Below are positions 40,306 through 50,667 of a stretch of 64,000 bases of DNA, piece after piece. Location of the stretch: positions 846-64,845 of the forward strand of contig JAYTHP010000114.1 of the NCBI GenBank assembly GCA_043732485.1, written 5' to 3'. Both the position numbers and the translations under genes were made by a program. The notes under the pieces are model-generated. The model searched no databases, was not told where the DNA came from, and saw only the letters and a list, made by a program, of their open reading frames with translations. How positions within the stretch are numbered: position 1 is the stretch's first letter; every line of letters starts with the position of its first letter. Source of the stretch: Oligoflexia bacterium. GTDB lineage: Bacteria; Bdellovibrionota; UBA1018.

Positions 40306-41289
40306 TTAAAACTCCAAACCAAAGGCGATGCCACCAAAGAGGCCACTCCAGTTTAAGACGCCCGGGGAGGTCAACACGCTGGCGTTGCCGGTTGAGCTGA
40401 TGCCAGACGAAGAGAGTAGGCGATAGCCGCCTTCAAGGGCAATATTAAAGAACGAGGAAAAACGCAAGCTGACATCCACCACAGCTAAACCCCCATAAAT
40501 ATTACCCAGCAAAGAGCCCGAGGTGCCATCCGCAGTGTCCGTAACCGTCGCGTAAGAGTTCAGTGCCGCAGTTCCATAAACTGCTCCGTGAAAGGCAAAG
40601 CGCCCAACCGAGCGGCCGACTCGCACCCCGAGAGAAATAGGAGTGACCCCTAATTGCAGCGCATAGGTAGCAGAGGTCGTCAAATCCGTCAGGAGCAGGG
40701 GCTGCCTGATGGCCTCAACACGAAAAGCAGCCCCAAAGGTGGTCCCTGAAGCCATGCGGACAAAATTATAACCTGCCGTGGCTGCAAAGTAAAAGGTGGC
40801 TTGGATGTTTAAAGTCGAAACCACCCCGGTCATGCCTATCAGTTGCGGTCCCGCCGAAACTGACAACGCAAAGCGCTTGGCCTTGGGCACCGCTTTTGTG
40901 ACTGGAAATCCTGGCTCAGGCACGACCGGTTTCACGGGTTTTACCTCCAGCTTCGGGGCGGGAGTGGGCGCGGCAGGAGCCACCGGCTTAGTCACCCGCC
41001 CTTGGACTGGTTTTTCACCTGGTAAGATAGACATCGGACCTAGCAGCAGCTTGCCTTGCTCTAAAAACCCAATCTTGCGCGTCAAGGTGCGAACCTTGTA
41101 AAAACCACTTTCTGATGCGTTACTGGCAGCAAAGTGATCCCCTTGATGCAAGACCTCAAGTACCGTGCTGGTGGAGTCGGCCTTTGCATATAAGTTAACA
41201 TCCGGGGCATTAACCGTTCCCGAGCGAGCCGCCCAAAGAGGTTGACTCACCAGCACTCCTAAGACAAGAACCCAAATATTTCTTTTCAT
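40306..41289 (-). CDS. SH3b-like domain / OMP-like beta-barrel fusion protein, paralog 1
   Basis: Start at MKRNIWVLVLGVLVSQPLWA (signal peptide). SH3b-like block: VNAPDVNLYAKADSTSTVLEVLHQGDHFAASNASESGFYKVRTLTRKIGFLEQGKLLL. A Pro/Ala/Val-rich linker follows. The Gly/aromatic-rich C-terminal roughly 200 aa end in GLFGGIAFGLEF. Confidence 0.65.
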   Translation of the reverse strand: MKRNIWVLVLGVLVSQPLWAARSGTVNAPDVNLYAKADSTSTVLEVLHQGDHFAASNASESGFYKVRTLTRKIGFLEQGKLLLGPMSILPGEKPVQGRVTKPVAPAAPTPAPKLEVKPVKPVVPEPGFPVTKAVPKAKRFALSVSAGPQLIGMTGVVSTLNIQATFYFAATAGYNFVRMASGTTFGAAFRVEAIRQPLLLTDLTTSATYALQLGVTPISLGVRVGRSVGRFAFHGAVYGTAALNSYATVTDTADGTSGSLLGNIYGGLAVVDVSLRFSSFFNIALEGGYRLLSSSGISSTGNASVLTSPGVLNWSGLFGGIAFGLEF

Positions 41290-41602
41290 GACACTATCCC
41301 TCATGCATGGTCCAGCCATTATTCTTTTACCTTGGACTGACCTCAAGCCCTCTTATCTCGCAAAACTCCGCCAAAAACTCCGCAAGCTGAGATCACCCGC
41401 TGCAACACTCACTCCACCCAGTCTTCCACTCACACACTTCTACCGTGTTTTTTACTCTCACGACCGACCGAAAGACCGTCCACTGTTGCCCACTTTGGAT
41501 CCCCCAAGCCCCCCTCCTTCTCAGCCGCAAAAACGAGAAGCCTTTTAGACGATTTTTGCACACTCTTACGCCGGGTCTCATTCGCGCACACGGAGGTTTG
41601 CC

Positions 41603-42605
41603 TTAAAACTTGGCGCCTACCCCTCCACCGAAGAAAAAACCACCCCAATTTAAACCGCTCGTAGCCGCAAACAGACTAACATTACTGGAAGGCTTCAACA
41701 CCGGCGAGCGCAAGAGACGATAAACGCTCTCTAGGAACACGTGAAAAATCCGATTCACCTGATAACTTCCCTCAAACTGCGCTAATCCCCCGAAAATCGT
41801 GCCACTCACGCTGCCGTGGTCTTATCCCCCGGCCAGGCAGCGTCGCTGAGGAATGCAAAGCCGTCGTGAAAAACAGTCCCCCGCGCAGCGAAAATTGCTT
41901 CATCCGGCGCTGTGCCTGAAGGCCCAGGGAAAGCGGAATCGAACTCAAGGAGGGATCGTAAATGTAACCGGTATTGTCATCCGTCAAAGAAGCCGTTTGC
42001 CCTATTCGCTCCACACGCAAGGCTGCGGCGAACATCCCCCGCGCCAGTAAACCTTTCGAAAAAAGTCCGTTTGCAAATGAGTCATTGGGAGCAAAAGCCC
42101 CACTGAGGGCAAAATAGACGCTCTCATTAATCTGCGTCACAGCAAGCAGGTCAGGCATATTGAGGAGCTGTAATCCACCAGCAGGCTCTAACTGCAACAC
42201 TCCTGGGAGCAAACTTTTTCGGGAAGGCGAGAGCTCAAAAGAAGCCGACGACGGCGCCTCATCCCACAAAGTCTTTACCTGCTCTACAAACCCAATTTTT
42301 TGACCCGGAGCCCGCACCTTGTAAAAACCCTCACGACTGCTCCCTGCAACCTCGAGTAGATCACCAGGCTGCAGGCTCTCAAGCACCGAACTAGCAGAAT
42401 CTGCCGCCCGATAAAGCTTCACGCGCTCGCTGCCGCAACTCTCGTCTTTTACCCTAGCCGTGCTCGCTGTCGACCACGCTGACGAGGAAAGCGCCACGAC
42501 GCAGAGTAAACCGCTCACCATCCAGGCTCCTACGCCCACCTTTGGCAAAGACTTAAAAGCGAAAAATCGTTGGAAAATATACTTTCTAGCAACTTTAGGA
42601 TTCAT
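41603..42605 (-). pseudogene. SH3b-like / OMP-like barrel fusion, paralog 2 (frameshifted near 41800-41830)
   Basis: ORF 41772-42605 carries a signal peptide and an SH3b-like block (VKLYRAADSASSVLESLQPGDLLEVAGSSREGFYKVRAPGQKIGFVEQ). The last barrel strands (SGTIFGGLAQFEGSY...NWGGFFFGGGVGAKF) lie in a different frame at 41603-41809. GDKTTAA, matching the paralogs, appears in the third frame. Confidence 0.55.
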
Positions 42606-43483
42606 TCTAAATGTCTGTCCTTCGGAACTATGTTGAACAATACAGCATACAACCTGTCACACCTACGTAAGTCCAGCCACACACCCAAGCCCCACCGATA
42701 CAGCTTGACCCGGGGGCTCTAGCGGGCCAACCCAAATCACGAAGTGATAACTTCGGTGCTCGCTTTAAAAAACCTCGTGCTCACCGGAAATCGCGTCCAA
42801 CTCATTGCAGCCCTCGACCACCCAGCCCGCAGCAAGCTTCTGCTTGCTTACCCCCAAGCGATACTTTTGAACTTTCGGCCTTACAAGCACGCATCACTGC
42901 CTCTTTAGCAACACAAGCCAAGCCTATCTATTTATTCCCTAAGTTTTATTGTATACCCATTACTATCTAAAAAAATAGCGCAAAAAGCTTAAAAATTTTT
43001 CAAAGTTAAAATAATTTAATAAATTTTTTTTACTTAACAAATGCCCAGCTCATCAATATCAGCTAGTTAATCCAGGCGCATCAGACACGGCAAAAATTGC
43101 CCGTCATGACCCGTGGCAGCAGGGCAATAAACCTGCGCCCCCCCGGCACTCAACATTGATGCCTTCTTGACTCTTGTATTTTCTGCCGCCTCTTCTGAGG
43201 AGCAAAAATACGAGCGTAAGAAACCATCGGAGCTCGCACCCCTTGCGGCCTCTTCCAGCGCCACTGGCTGCGATGGAAGCGACTCACGCTCACTTATCCA
43301 AGTCAAAAAAAGCGCTCCATTAAAGGCATGATACCCATACGGACCGCACACTGGCCTGAAGACACAACTCATTCGAGGTCAGCTTCGTGCCACTCTCAAG
43401 CACAGCTCAAGCGACCTACCCGCCCAGCCCTCAGATACCACTAGCAATGCAACTAACTTCTCGCGCGTTGACGCGGTCAGCCC

Positions 43484-44665
43484 TCAGAACTCCGCGGTTA
43501 AACCGCCACCGATAAAAGGACCACCCCAGTCTAAGAAAGCCGTATAATCCAACAAGCTGGAGTTACTATTCGAATCAAGGACGCGTGACCGCAGGATTCG
43601 GTAACCGCCTTCAGCGAAAACGCTTAAAAAAGAATTGACCCGGTAACTACCCTCCACCTGCGCCAAACCCCCGTACACGTCACCAGAAACCTGACCTGTG
43701 GTGCCATCGTTCACACTCATCACAGAGCCGCTTCCCTTGAAAACCGCGGTAGCAAACAACCCCCCATGAAAAGAAAACTTGCGACCGGAGCGCCCGACCC
43801 TGATCCCCACCGAAATGGGGGTAGCAGCAAGCGACATATTATAGACGAACGTCGTATTCGCATCGGCAAAACTGACGGCCTGGCGAAATAACTCAACCCG
43901 CAAAGCGGCTGCAAGTAGGCCTGGATTAGGCAGATTGCCCCCCGGCTTAAAAGATCCCGTCAGCGCAAAATAGGTACTATTTTTGATATTCAAGATCGAA
44001 ATCAGGCCGTTCATGTTCACGACCTGCATCCCGCTTGCCAGACTGACTTGAAAGCGCCCAGTTTTGAGCGGCAATTCTGCCACCTCGGGTAGTCCTGACG
44101 CTTGCGGTGCAGCACTATTCGTCCAATTTTCATAGCCACTGGAACTGCCAGGCGCGGACGGTTGTCCTTTTTTTGCCATACTGGCATCAAGCGCAGCCAA
44201 CGAAGCGGAAGCCGCAGGCGTCGCGTTTGAGCTTGCCGCCTCCCCTAACTGAGGCGAGGCAGCCGGCAGCGGCTCGGCTGTCGGATCAAGCAAAATCTTT
44301 TCCTGGGCAATATAGCCAATTTTCTTACTAAAAGTTCGGATCTTAAAAAAGCCCTTTTCAGCCGCCGTTAAGGCTTCAAAATGATCGCCCTGATACAAAA
44401 TCTCAAGCACCGAGCTTGCGCCGTCCGCTTCTTGGTAAACCTTCAACGTCGGGGTATTGACCATCCCAGCGGTTTCAGCTTGCAACGCTTTTGAATTAGC
44501 CAAGATCATCGCGGCAAGCCATAACGTTGCAACTAGCAACCCACGCCAGGAACTTTTCGCGTTGATAAGTGGTCGCGTTATGCCTGCAACCGACTCTGGC
44601 TGTCTTTTTACAGCTGCTACTACTGCTACTGCCTGTTCTTTTTGCTGCAATCCTGACTCATTCAT
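43484..44665 (-). CDS. SH3b-like domain / OMP-like beta-barrel fusion protein, paralog 3
   Basis: 393-aa ORF. SH3b-like block: VNTPTLKVYQEADGASSVLEILYQGDHFEALTAAEKGFFKIRTFSKKIGYIAQEKILL. An Ala/Ser/Pro linker follows, and the C-terminus ends in DWGGPFIGGGLTAEF. Its ATG overlaps the M23 peptidase stop (ATGA at 44662-44665). Confidence 0.65.
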   Translation of the reverse strand: MNESGLQQKEQAVAVVAAVKRQPESVAGITRPLINAKSSWRGLLVATLWLAAMILANSKALQAETAGMVNTPTLKVYQEADGASSVLEILYQGDHFEALTAAEKGFFKIRTFSKKIGYIAQEKILLDPTAEPLPAASPQLGEAASSNATPAASASLAALDASMAKKGQPSAPGSSSGYENWTNSAAPQASGLPEVAELPLKTGRFQVSLASGMQVVNMNGLISILNIKNSTYFALTGSFKPGGNLPNPGLLAAALRVELFRQAVSFADANTTFVYNMSLAATPISVGIRVGRSGRKFSFHGGLFATAVFKGSGSVMSVNDGTTGQVSGDVYGGLAQVEGSYRVNSFLSVFAEGGYRILRSRVLDSNSNSSLLDYTAFLDWGGPFIGGGLTAEF

Positions 44666-45801
44666 TTGAACACCCCAACTAAATCTAAAGGATTCACTTT
44701 CACTGCATTCACCATCGCGCCCCAGTGTAAATGAGGCCCAGTCACCCTTCCAGTTTTCCCAGAAAGCGCTATCTGTTGATATTTATCGACCACGTCTCCT
44801 ACTTTTACTCCAAAATGATTCAAATGACAATAAATCGTCAAAACACCATAACCATGGTCGATGATGATCGTATTACCCGTAAAGAAAAGATTTTTTGCCA
44901 AAACTACTTTTCCTGCTGCGGAAGGAAAAACCGGAGTATTCATTGCGGCTCGAATATCAAGCCCCGGATGAAAACTCTTCATTACTCCATTATACACTCG
45001 CTTGGTGCCATAAGCGCTAGTAAAAATATCACTAATCGGTAATCTAAAAGAGCTATTCCAATATTTTTTATCTGTAAAATACGTCCGACGATAAAGTGAC
45101 GCTAATTCTGCCTGCTCAGCATGAATGCGCGCCAAATCCTGAGGCCTTTTCGGCTCCACTCGCCGGTGGTCCACCCGAATCTGCTCAGAGGTAAATTCGC
45201 CTTCTACAACCCGGAAACTTTTGCGCATCACGGAAAGCCCAAACTTAAATTCCACCTCCGTCACCCCCAAAGGCGTTTCAAAGGGCACCGCCAAAATACT
45301 GTCAAACACCTGTGCGGAATTAAACGCCACAGGCTCAAGCGCGATTAAATCGGGAGGCGACGCGCTCAAGGGCGCATTCTCAAAGCTGGGCGAAGACGGC
45401 GGTGGCAAGGTTCCCGCTGTATTGACATCAGAACCTGCCTCTGAGAACGAAGAAGAAGAGGCGGCATCAACTAAGGTTGATTCCTGGGCACTCACAAAAA
45501 ATCGCAGTTTTTGTCCCTTCCACTCAGCCTCCAGATCCGGGCGCCCGCTTTTTAAAAGCGCCACTGAATAAGCATAGGGAACGCGCACCCGCAGCAGGAG
45601 CAATGAACCCGGCACCACTCCTTTTTGCTCTGCGCTTTGCGGCACCCACTCCAGCTTGACCACATTTTCAAGCGGCCTTGCCGCATCAATCTGGGTAAAA
45701 TCAAAACGCGAGGAGTCAAACGGATCCTCAAGCGTTCGAGTGGCACACCCTATCAGCCCCAAAAGACCAAACATCATCCCGAAAACTACTTTTTTCATCA
45801 T
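44662..45801 (-). CDS. M23-family metalloendopeptidase lipoprotein
   Basis: MMKKVVFGMMFGLLGLIGC provides a lipobox. The M23 motifs are HPGLDIRA and IIIDHGYGVLTIYCHLNHFGVKVGD...GRVTGPHLHWG. Confidence 0.8.
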   Translation of the reverse strand: MMKKVVFGMMFGLLGLIGCATRTLEDPFDSSRFDFTQIDAARPLENVVKLEWVPQSAEQKGVVPGSLLLLRVRVPYAYSVALLKSGRPDLEAEWKGQKLRFFVSAQESTLVDAASSSSFSEAGSDVNTAGTLPPPSSPSFENAPLSASPPDLIALEPVAFNSAQVFDSILAVPFETPLGVTEVEFKFGLSVMRKSFRVVEGEFTSEQIRVDHRRVEPKRPQDLARIHAEQAELASLYRRTYFTDKKYWNSSFRLPISDIFTSAYGTKRVYNGVMKSFHPGLDIRAAMNTPVFPSAAGKVVLAKNLFFTGNTIIIDHGYGVLTIYCHLNHFGVKVGDVVDKYQQIALSGKTGRVTGPHLHWGAMVNAVKVNPLDLVGVFK

Positions 45802-45907
45802 TTTTTTGTCACTTCCCCACACCCTCACAGCTGGCCATCACTTTTTTTCTCACCCCATGTCCCACCGACTCAAGGCCTGGATCCTCTTCTCTCTTTTTGA
45901 GAGAGTG

Positions 45908-47230
45908 TCAAGATCCAGCTAGCACTTCCACCGTCCGCGAGCCATCAGCAAAGATCAGCTCAAGCTTTTGTCCCCCGTAAGTCTCAGTCGCTTTTTTCAC
46001 CACCCCACGACCTGACGACTCTCCAGCCTCTTTTACCAAAACATAACCCCGCTCTAGGACCTTGAGCGGTGAGAGCGCTTCCAGTTTTCCGGCCGCTTGC
46101 CACCACCGCGCTTGCGCCTGCTGCAAGCGGCCCGCCATTGCCCGGCCTGCCCGCATCAGCAATTCATCGACTTTTTGGGCCTGCTCCAAGCAACGATCTT
46201 TGGGACTAGTTAAGCGCGCCTGAATAAAGACTAACAGCATTCTTTTTTGTTGCAAATCTTTTTGTATGAGTGCAACTAGGCGTAAACGCCAATCGGGCAG
46301 TTGCGCCGCCACTTCCACCCAAGCCTGACTTAAAATCTCAGCCGCCGCCGAAGGGGTGGGCGCCCGAAAATCCGCCACAAAATCAGCAATCGTAAAGTCA
46401 ATTTCGTGCCCCACTGCCGAAATTACCGGCAAGCGCGAGGCCGCAATCGCCCGCGCGAGACCTTCTTCGTTAAAACAACTCAAGTCCTCAATGCTCCCGC
46501 CGCCGCGAGCAAGCACGATCAATTGGCCGTCTAGTTGGTTAGCCCGCCCTAAGGCTGCCAGCAGTTCGCCTGCCGCCCCCTCACCTTGCACCTTCGCTGG
46601 AATCAGCCGGATTTGAATATGCGGCGCGCGGCGCTTTAAAATGTGCAGCATGTCTTGCAGCACAGCACCGGTGGGTGAGGTGATCACCACAATCCGACTA
46701 GGAAAACGCGGCAATTTCCGCTTCTTGTCTGGCGCAAATAAACCCTCAGCCCAGAGCTGGGCCTTCAACTGCTCAAAGGCCAACTGCAGGGCCCCCGCCC
46801 CTAACGGCTCCATGCGATCAATCACTAACTGATAGTTGCCGCGCGGGGGATAGATGGAAACTTTTCCGCGACACAAGAGCTGTAAGCCGTTCTTAAACTC
46901 AAACGTTTGACGCTTTGAGCCCCAGCCAAACGCCGCAGCCGCAAGCGTTGCCCCTTGATCTTTTAAGGAAAAGTAGAGATGTCCCGAGCCCGCCGGACGA
47001 TAGTTGGCCACTTCGCCTTGCACCCAGACCTGGGTAAACTGCGGCTCCAAGACACCGCGCATCTTTTGCGTCAGTTCGCTGACGCTCCAGGCCTTAAGGG
47101 GTAACTGAGAAGCTGAGGCCCCTCCCTGCCGTTCCACTGCACCTTCAGCCGCCAAAGCAAAAGGCGACAAGGCGGGCAAAGAGGAAGACAAAGCTTGAGA
47201 AGCTGGGTGGGTCGTGGTGGGATTTGTCAT
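45908..47230 (-). CDS. xseA: exodeoxyribonuclease VII large subunit
   Basis: 440-aa ORF. The OB-fold N-terminus reads VWVQGEVANYRPAGSGHLYFSLKD. It also contains RIVVITSPTGAVLQD, ARGGGSIEDL and a C-terminal coiled coil. Confidence 0.85.
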   Translation of the reverse strand: MTNPTTTHPASQALSSSLPALSPFALAAEGAVERQGGASASQLPLKAWSVSELTQKMRGVLEPQFTQVWVQGEVANYRPAGSGHLYFSLKDQGATLAAAAFGWGSKRQTFEFKNGLQLLCRGKVSIYPPRGNYQLVIDRMEPLGAGALQLAFEQLKAQLWAEGLFAPDKKRKLPRFPSRIVVITSPTGAVLQDMLHILKRRAPHIQIRLIPAKVQGEGAAGELLAALGRANQLDGQLIVLARGGGSIEDLSCFNEEGLARAIAASRLPVISAVGHEIDFTIADFVADFRAPTPSAAAEILSQAWVEVAAQLPDWRLRLVALIQKDLQQKRMLLVFIQARLTSPKDRCLEQAQKVDELLMRAGRAMAGRLQQAQARWWQAAGKLEALSPLKVLERGYVLVKEAGESSGRGVVKKATETYGGQKLELIFADGSRTVEVLAGS

Positions 47231-47259
47231 GATACGCTCGCGTTACCCCTTAGCCAAGC

Positions 47260-48849
47260 TTATTCACTTTTTTGCGGTTCCTGCTTCGGGGATGCATTTT
47301 TTTGCGCTCCCTCAGAGCCAGGGACCGAAGAGGAGACGGCCACCGGTTCGCCGGCCTTCGTAAAAGCTTCAAAGGATTTTAGCGCAATGAGAGCCTGCTT
47401 CACCTGGTAATCCTCTTTGGGATTCAAGCGATACGGCGTCATCTCATCGGCTTCTTCCTTAGCCTTATCGCCAGACTTGTCGCCGGCTTTTTCCTTCTTG
47501 CGGTCCTTATCGCTGTCCCGTCCGGTCTCTTTGGTGAGCGCCTCTAACTCCTCTTTTTTGAAGTCTTGTGCAGGCTCTTCCGTACCATCCGTGTTCACCA
47601 TGTGACCCTTCAGATCGCGCTCCCGGAAACTATCGTATTTGAGCTTGGCAGCTGAGAGCAGCTTTGAGTCAAATTCATCTAAAATCACGTCAGGCGCCAC
47701 CCCTTTTTCCTGAATGCTACGACCGCTCGGCGTGTAATAGCGGGCAATCGTCAGCTTCAGCCCCATGTCGGGCGGCAAAGGAATGACGGTTTGCACCGAG
47801 CCCTTCCCAAAGGTCGACTGACCCATAATGATCGCACGGTGATGATCTTGTAAGGCTCCGGCCACGATCTCGGCAGCAGAAGCGGTGCTAGAATTCACCA
47901 AAACGGCCACGGGAAAATCCTTAAACGCCATGCCGCGGTGAGCGTATTTCACGTCCTTTTGATCGCGGTTGCGGCCAATCGTCGAGACAATCACCCCTTC
48001 ATCGATGAACAGCGAAGCCACTTCCACCGCTTGATCTAGTAAGCCTCCGGGATTGGTGCGTAAATCAAACACTAGGCCACGAATTTTCTTCTTGGCTTGC
48101 ATCTGTTCGATCGCTTTTTTGACATCCTGCGCCGCATTTTCGTTAAACGTGGTGAGCCTGAGGTAGGCAAATTGTGGCTCTAAAAGCTCGTTTTTCACGC
48201 TTTGAATGCGAATCACTTCGCGAGTAATTTTAATGTCTTTGATCCGCTCAAAACCATCGCGGTAAATGGAAATCGTCACATCCGTCTTGGCTTTGCCCCG
48301 CATCTTCGACACGGCTTCCACCAAATTCATGCCTTTGGTGCTTTCCCCGTTGATTTTTACAATCCGGTCGTTCGGCTTTAACCCTGCGCTCCAAGCGGGC
48401 GTGTCTTCAATCGGCGCCAGAATCGTCAAGATGTTATCTTTCATCCCGATTTCAATGCCTAAACCACCAAATTTTCCGGTGGTGTCAATTTGCATGTCTT
48501 TGAACAAATCCGCCGGTAAAAAATTAGAATGCGGATCCAAGGTCTCCAGCATCCCCTTAATGGCTCCTTCAATGAGCACTCGGTGCTTCACCGGATCGAC
48601 GTAATTGGTGAGAATAAACTGCAAAACCCGGTTAAAAAGCTCGAGATTTTCGTAATGCTCGGCGTGCCCTTCCACCGTCTGCGCCCCGGGGGTGGCAATG
48701 GCGGAGCCCACTTTCGCGGAAAGCGAAGCGCCTAAACTCCCCCCATGCCTTGTGAGACTTTGCCCGACCCCGACGCCTGCAAAGGAAACCATTAAAACGG
48801 AAGCCACCAAAAAACAGTTCTTTAAAAAATGCACCATAGGTCTCACCAA
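47260..48849 (-). CDS. S41-family C-terminal processing peptidase (Ctp/Prc-like)
   Basis: Has a signal peptide and a PDZ region (GGLGIEIGMKDNILTILAPIEDTPAWSAGLKPNDRIVKING). It also carries FDLRTNPGGLLDQAV and the serine block NSSTASAAEIVAGAL. Confidence 0.85.
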   Translation of the reverse strand: MVRPMVHFLKNCFLVASVLMVSFAGVGVGQSLTRHGGSLGASLSAKVGSAIATPGAQTVEGHAEHYENLELFNRVLQFILTNYVDPVKHRVLIEGAIKGMLETLDPHSNFLPADLFKDMQIDTTGKFGGLGIEIGMKDNILTILAPIEDTPAWSAGLKPNDRIVKINGESTKGMNLVEAVSKMRGKAKTDVTISIYRDGFERIKDIKITREVIRIQSVKNELLEPQFAYLRLTTFNENAAQDVKKAIEQMQAKKKIRGLVFDLRTNPGGLLDQAVEVASLFIDEGVIVSTIGRNRDQKDVKYAHRGMAFKDFPVAVLVNSSTASAAEIVAGALQDHHRAIIMGQSTFGKGSVQTVIPLPPDMGLKLTIARYYTPSGRSIQEKGVAPDVILDEFDSKLLSAAKLKYDSFRERDLKGHMVNTDGTEEPAQDFKKEELEALTKETGRDSDKDRKKEKAGDKSGDKAKEEADEMTPYRLNPKEDYQVKQALIALKSFEAFTKAGEPVAVSSSVPGSEGAQKNASPKQEPQKSE

Positions 48850-48855
48850 AGTAAA

Positions 48856-50667
48856 CTAATTGAAGATCCACTGCAATGGATTCACAGCGACATTTCGCAT
48901 TCTAATCTCAAAATATAGTGGAGTCTTTTCGTCTGTCTTTAACCCAATCAAGTCTCCGACGTTCACCTGCTCGTTGAGCTTGCGTGAAATTTGATCGAGA
49001 TGACCGCTCAGGGAGAAAAAATGCCCTCCGTGATCCAAAATCACCACTTTTCCGTAATGCGGCAGCTGACCGGCAAAAGCGACTTTCCCTTTGAAAATGG
49101 CTTGAACCGACTGGTGGGGGCTTGCAGTAGACGGCGGGTGGGATGACGGGAGCTGAATTTCAATCCCTTTTTTAAAAACCATCAGCCCCGACTGCGGATC
49201 AAAGCTGCGGCCAAACTGCGACACCACCTGCCCGCCGCGCACCGGCAGGGGTAATTTGCCTTTCGAGTCGGCAAAGAGCGTAGGAAAAAGGCCGCCGTCG
49301 CTGGTGCCAGCCAGTGGGTTAAAGGCTTGTTCTTCCTGCGCCACTTGCGCAAGCTCCCGCTTAGCGCTAAAGTGGGCAGGGCGCGAGCTCCTGGCGTGAT
49401 CCAGCACGTGATCCATGATTTGGTCCAGTCGCGACTCGGCTTGCTTGGTTTTTTGATAATACACCCACTGATGGAGATGGGTTTGCAGCGGTGGCGCCCC
49501 TTCTGTAGGCCTCGCATCTTCCGACGGCGGAAGGGGAGGGGCAAGCCTGTCAGGCGGTTGCAAACCTGCTGCTGAAGCAGGAGCTAAAAAGGCCCGACTG
49601 CTACCCTGTTTTTGCTTACGCGCACCTGACGCTTGCCGCACGCGCGCGGCAAAATCATGGGCCAGCTTCAGGTTCAACTCCACTAAGCCCTCTTGTTCTT
49701 TGGTTTCTTGGATGAGGCGACTTAAATCTTGCTGCTCTTGCTCGATTTTTTCCTGTAAACTGGCCTGCTCCAGCGCATGCTGCCTTAAGTCGTGCACCTC
49801 TTGGACGCTGTGCCGAATCAGGCGCAAGAAGACCTTCTGCTGCGGCGTGTGGAACACAGCCGGAGGCGGTGGCAAGCCATCTAACCGCCCCGCAGGCTGC
49901 TCAGGCTCCTCCTCATCAGGCGACTGCGCGAGGGAGAACGACCCCAGCGATTGCCAGGCTGTGACTAAGACTTTAAATTTGCTGCGAATCGTGCGATTTT
50001 GCTCCCTCAGTTGCTTTTTCAGTTGCAACTGCCTACGCTCCAGCTCCTGAATGGTCCCGGTAAGCTCGCTCTGACGCTTCAAACTCACACGCTCTTGTTC
50101 TTTTTGCAAATCAATCAAATCATTGAGTTTTTTCTCCTGCTCGAAGGCCTGCTGGGGACGTTTCAAGGGCTGCAAAAGTAACAGCTCAATCCTTTTTTGC
50201 AATTCCTGAATCTGCCAGTTCAAGCCCGCCCATTGCTGCTCAAGGGTCAACCCCGCCGCAGACGAAGAAGTCGAAGAAGAAGTCGAAGAAGAAGACGAAA
50301 GAGGGAGAAGAGGGAGGAGAATGAGTTCGACGCTGCCCGCGGCTTTTTTGCCACCCCTGACGGCTCGTTGCAAAGCCGCCGCGGCCTGCTGGTCTTGAAG
50401 ACTCGTGCGCGGTGAGGCGTGTAACCCGAGACGGCGAGGGTCATGAGGAGAATCGGGAGGATGGTCTGACACAAAAGCCTGCGCCAAACCTACCCCACCC
50501 CACGACCACCGGGGGTTTACAGGCGTGAGGCCGGCGGCTCTGCTTCCCCCCTGCATTTCCAAAGTGCATGCCAAGAGCACCCCTCCTAAGTGTGACGCGC
50601 GCCTGCCTGCCTGCCCCCCGGGCAAACGCCTTCCTTCCATCCCTAAGCCTTGGCGACTCTTAGACAA
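48856..50667 (-). CDS. EnvC-like coiled-coil protein with C-terminal LytM/M23 domain
   Basis: 603-aa ORF with a long Q/E/L-rich coiled coil. The C-terminal GIEIQ...FKGKVAFAGQLPHYGKVVILDHGGHFFSLSGHLDQI...GDLIG...LYFEIR is LytM-like, and the metal ligands look degenerate as in EnvC. It is located directly after ftsE-ftsX. Confidence 0.65.
   Translation of the reverse strand: MSKSRQGLGMEGRRLPGGQAGRRASHLGGVLLACTLEMQGGSRAAGLTPVNPRWSWGGVGLAQAFVSDHPPDSPHDPRRLGLHASPRTSLQDQQAAAALQRAVRGGKKAAGSVELILLPLLPLSSSSSTSSSTSSSAAGLTLEQQWAGLNWQIQELQKRIELLLLQPLKRPQQAFEQEKKLNDLIDLQKEQERVSLKRQSELTGTIQELERRQLQLKKQLREQNRTIRSKFKVLVTAWQSLGSFSLAQSPDEEEPEQPAGRLDGLPPPPAVFHTPQQKVFLRLIRHSVQEVHDLRQHALEQASLQEKIEQEQQDLSRLIQETKEQEGLVELNLKLAHDFAARVRQASGARKQKQGSSRAFLAPASAAGLQPPDRLAPPLPPSEDARPTEGAPPLQTHLHQWVYYQKTKQAESRLDQIMDHVLDHARSSRPAHFSAKRELAQVAQEEQAFNPLAGTSDGGLFPTLFADSKGKLPLPVRGGQVVSQFGRSFDPQSGLMVFKKGIEIQLPSSHPPSTASPHQSVQAIFKGKVAFAGQLPHYGKVVILDHGGHFFSLSGHLDQISRKLNEQVNVGDLIGLKTDEKTPLYFEIRMRNVAVNPLQWIFN

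Noticed and set aside
43067-43372. 101-aa minus-strand ORF between SH3b-barrel paralogs 3 and 2
   Set aside because: It has no RBS, no motif and no signal peptide. It cannot be distinguished from a chance ORF, though it could be a small protein and is left uncalled.
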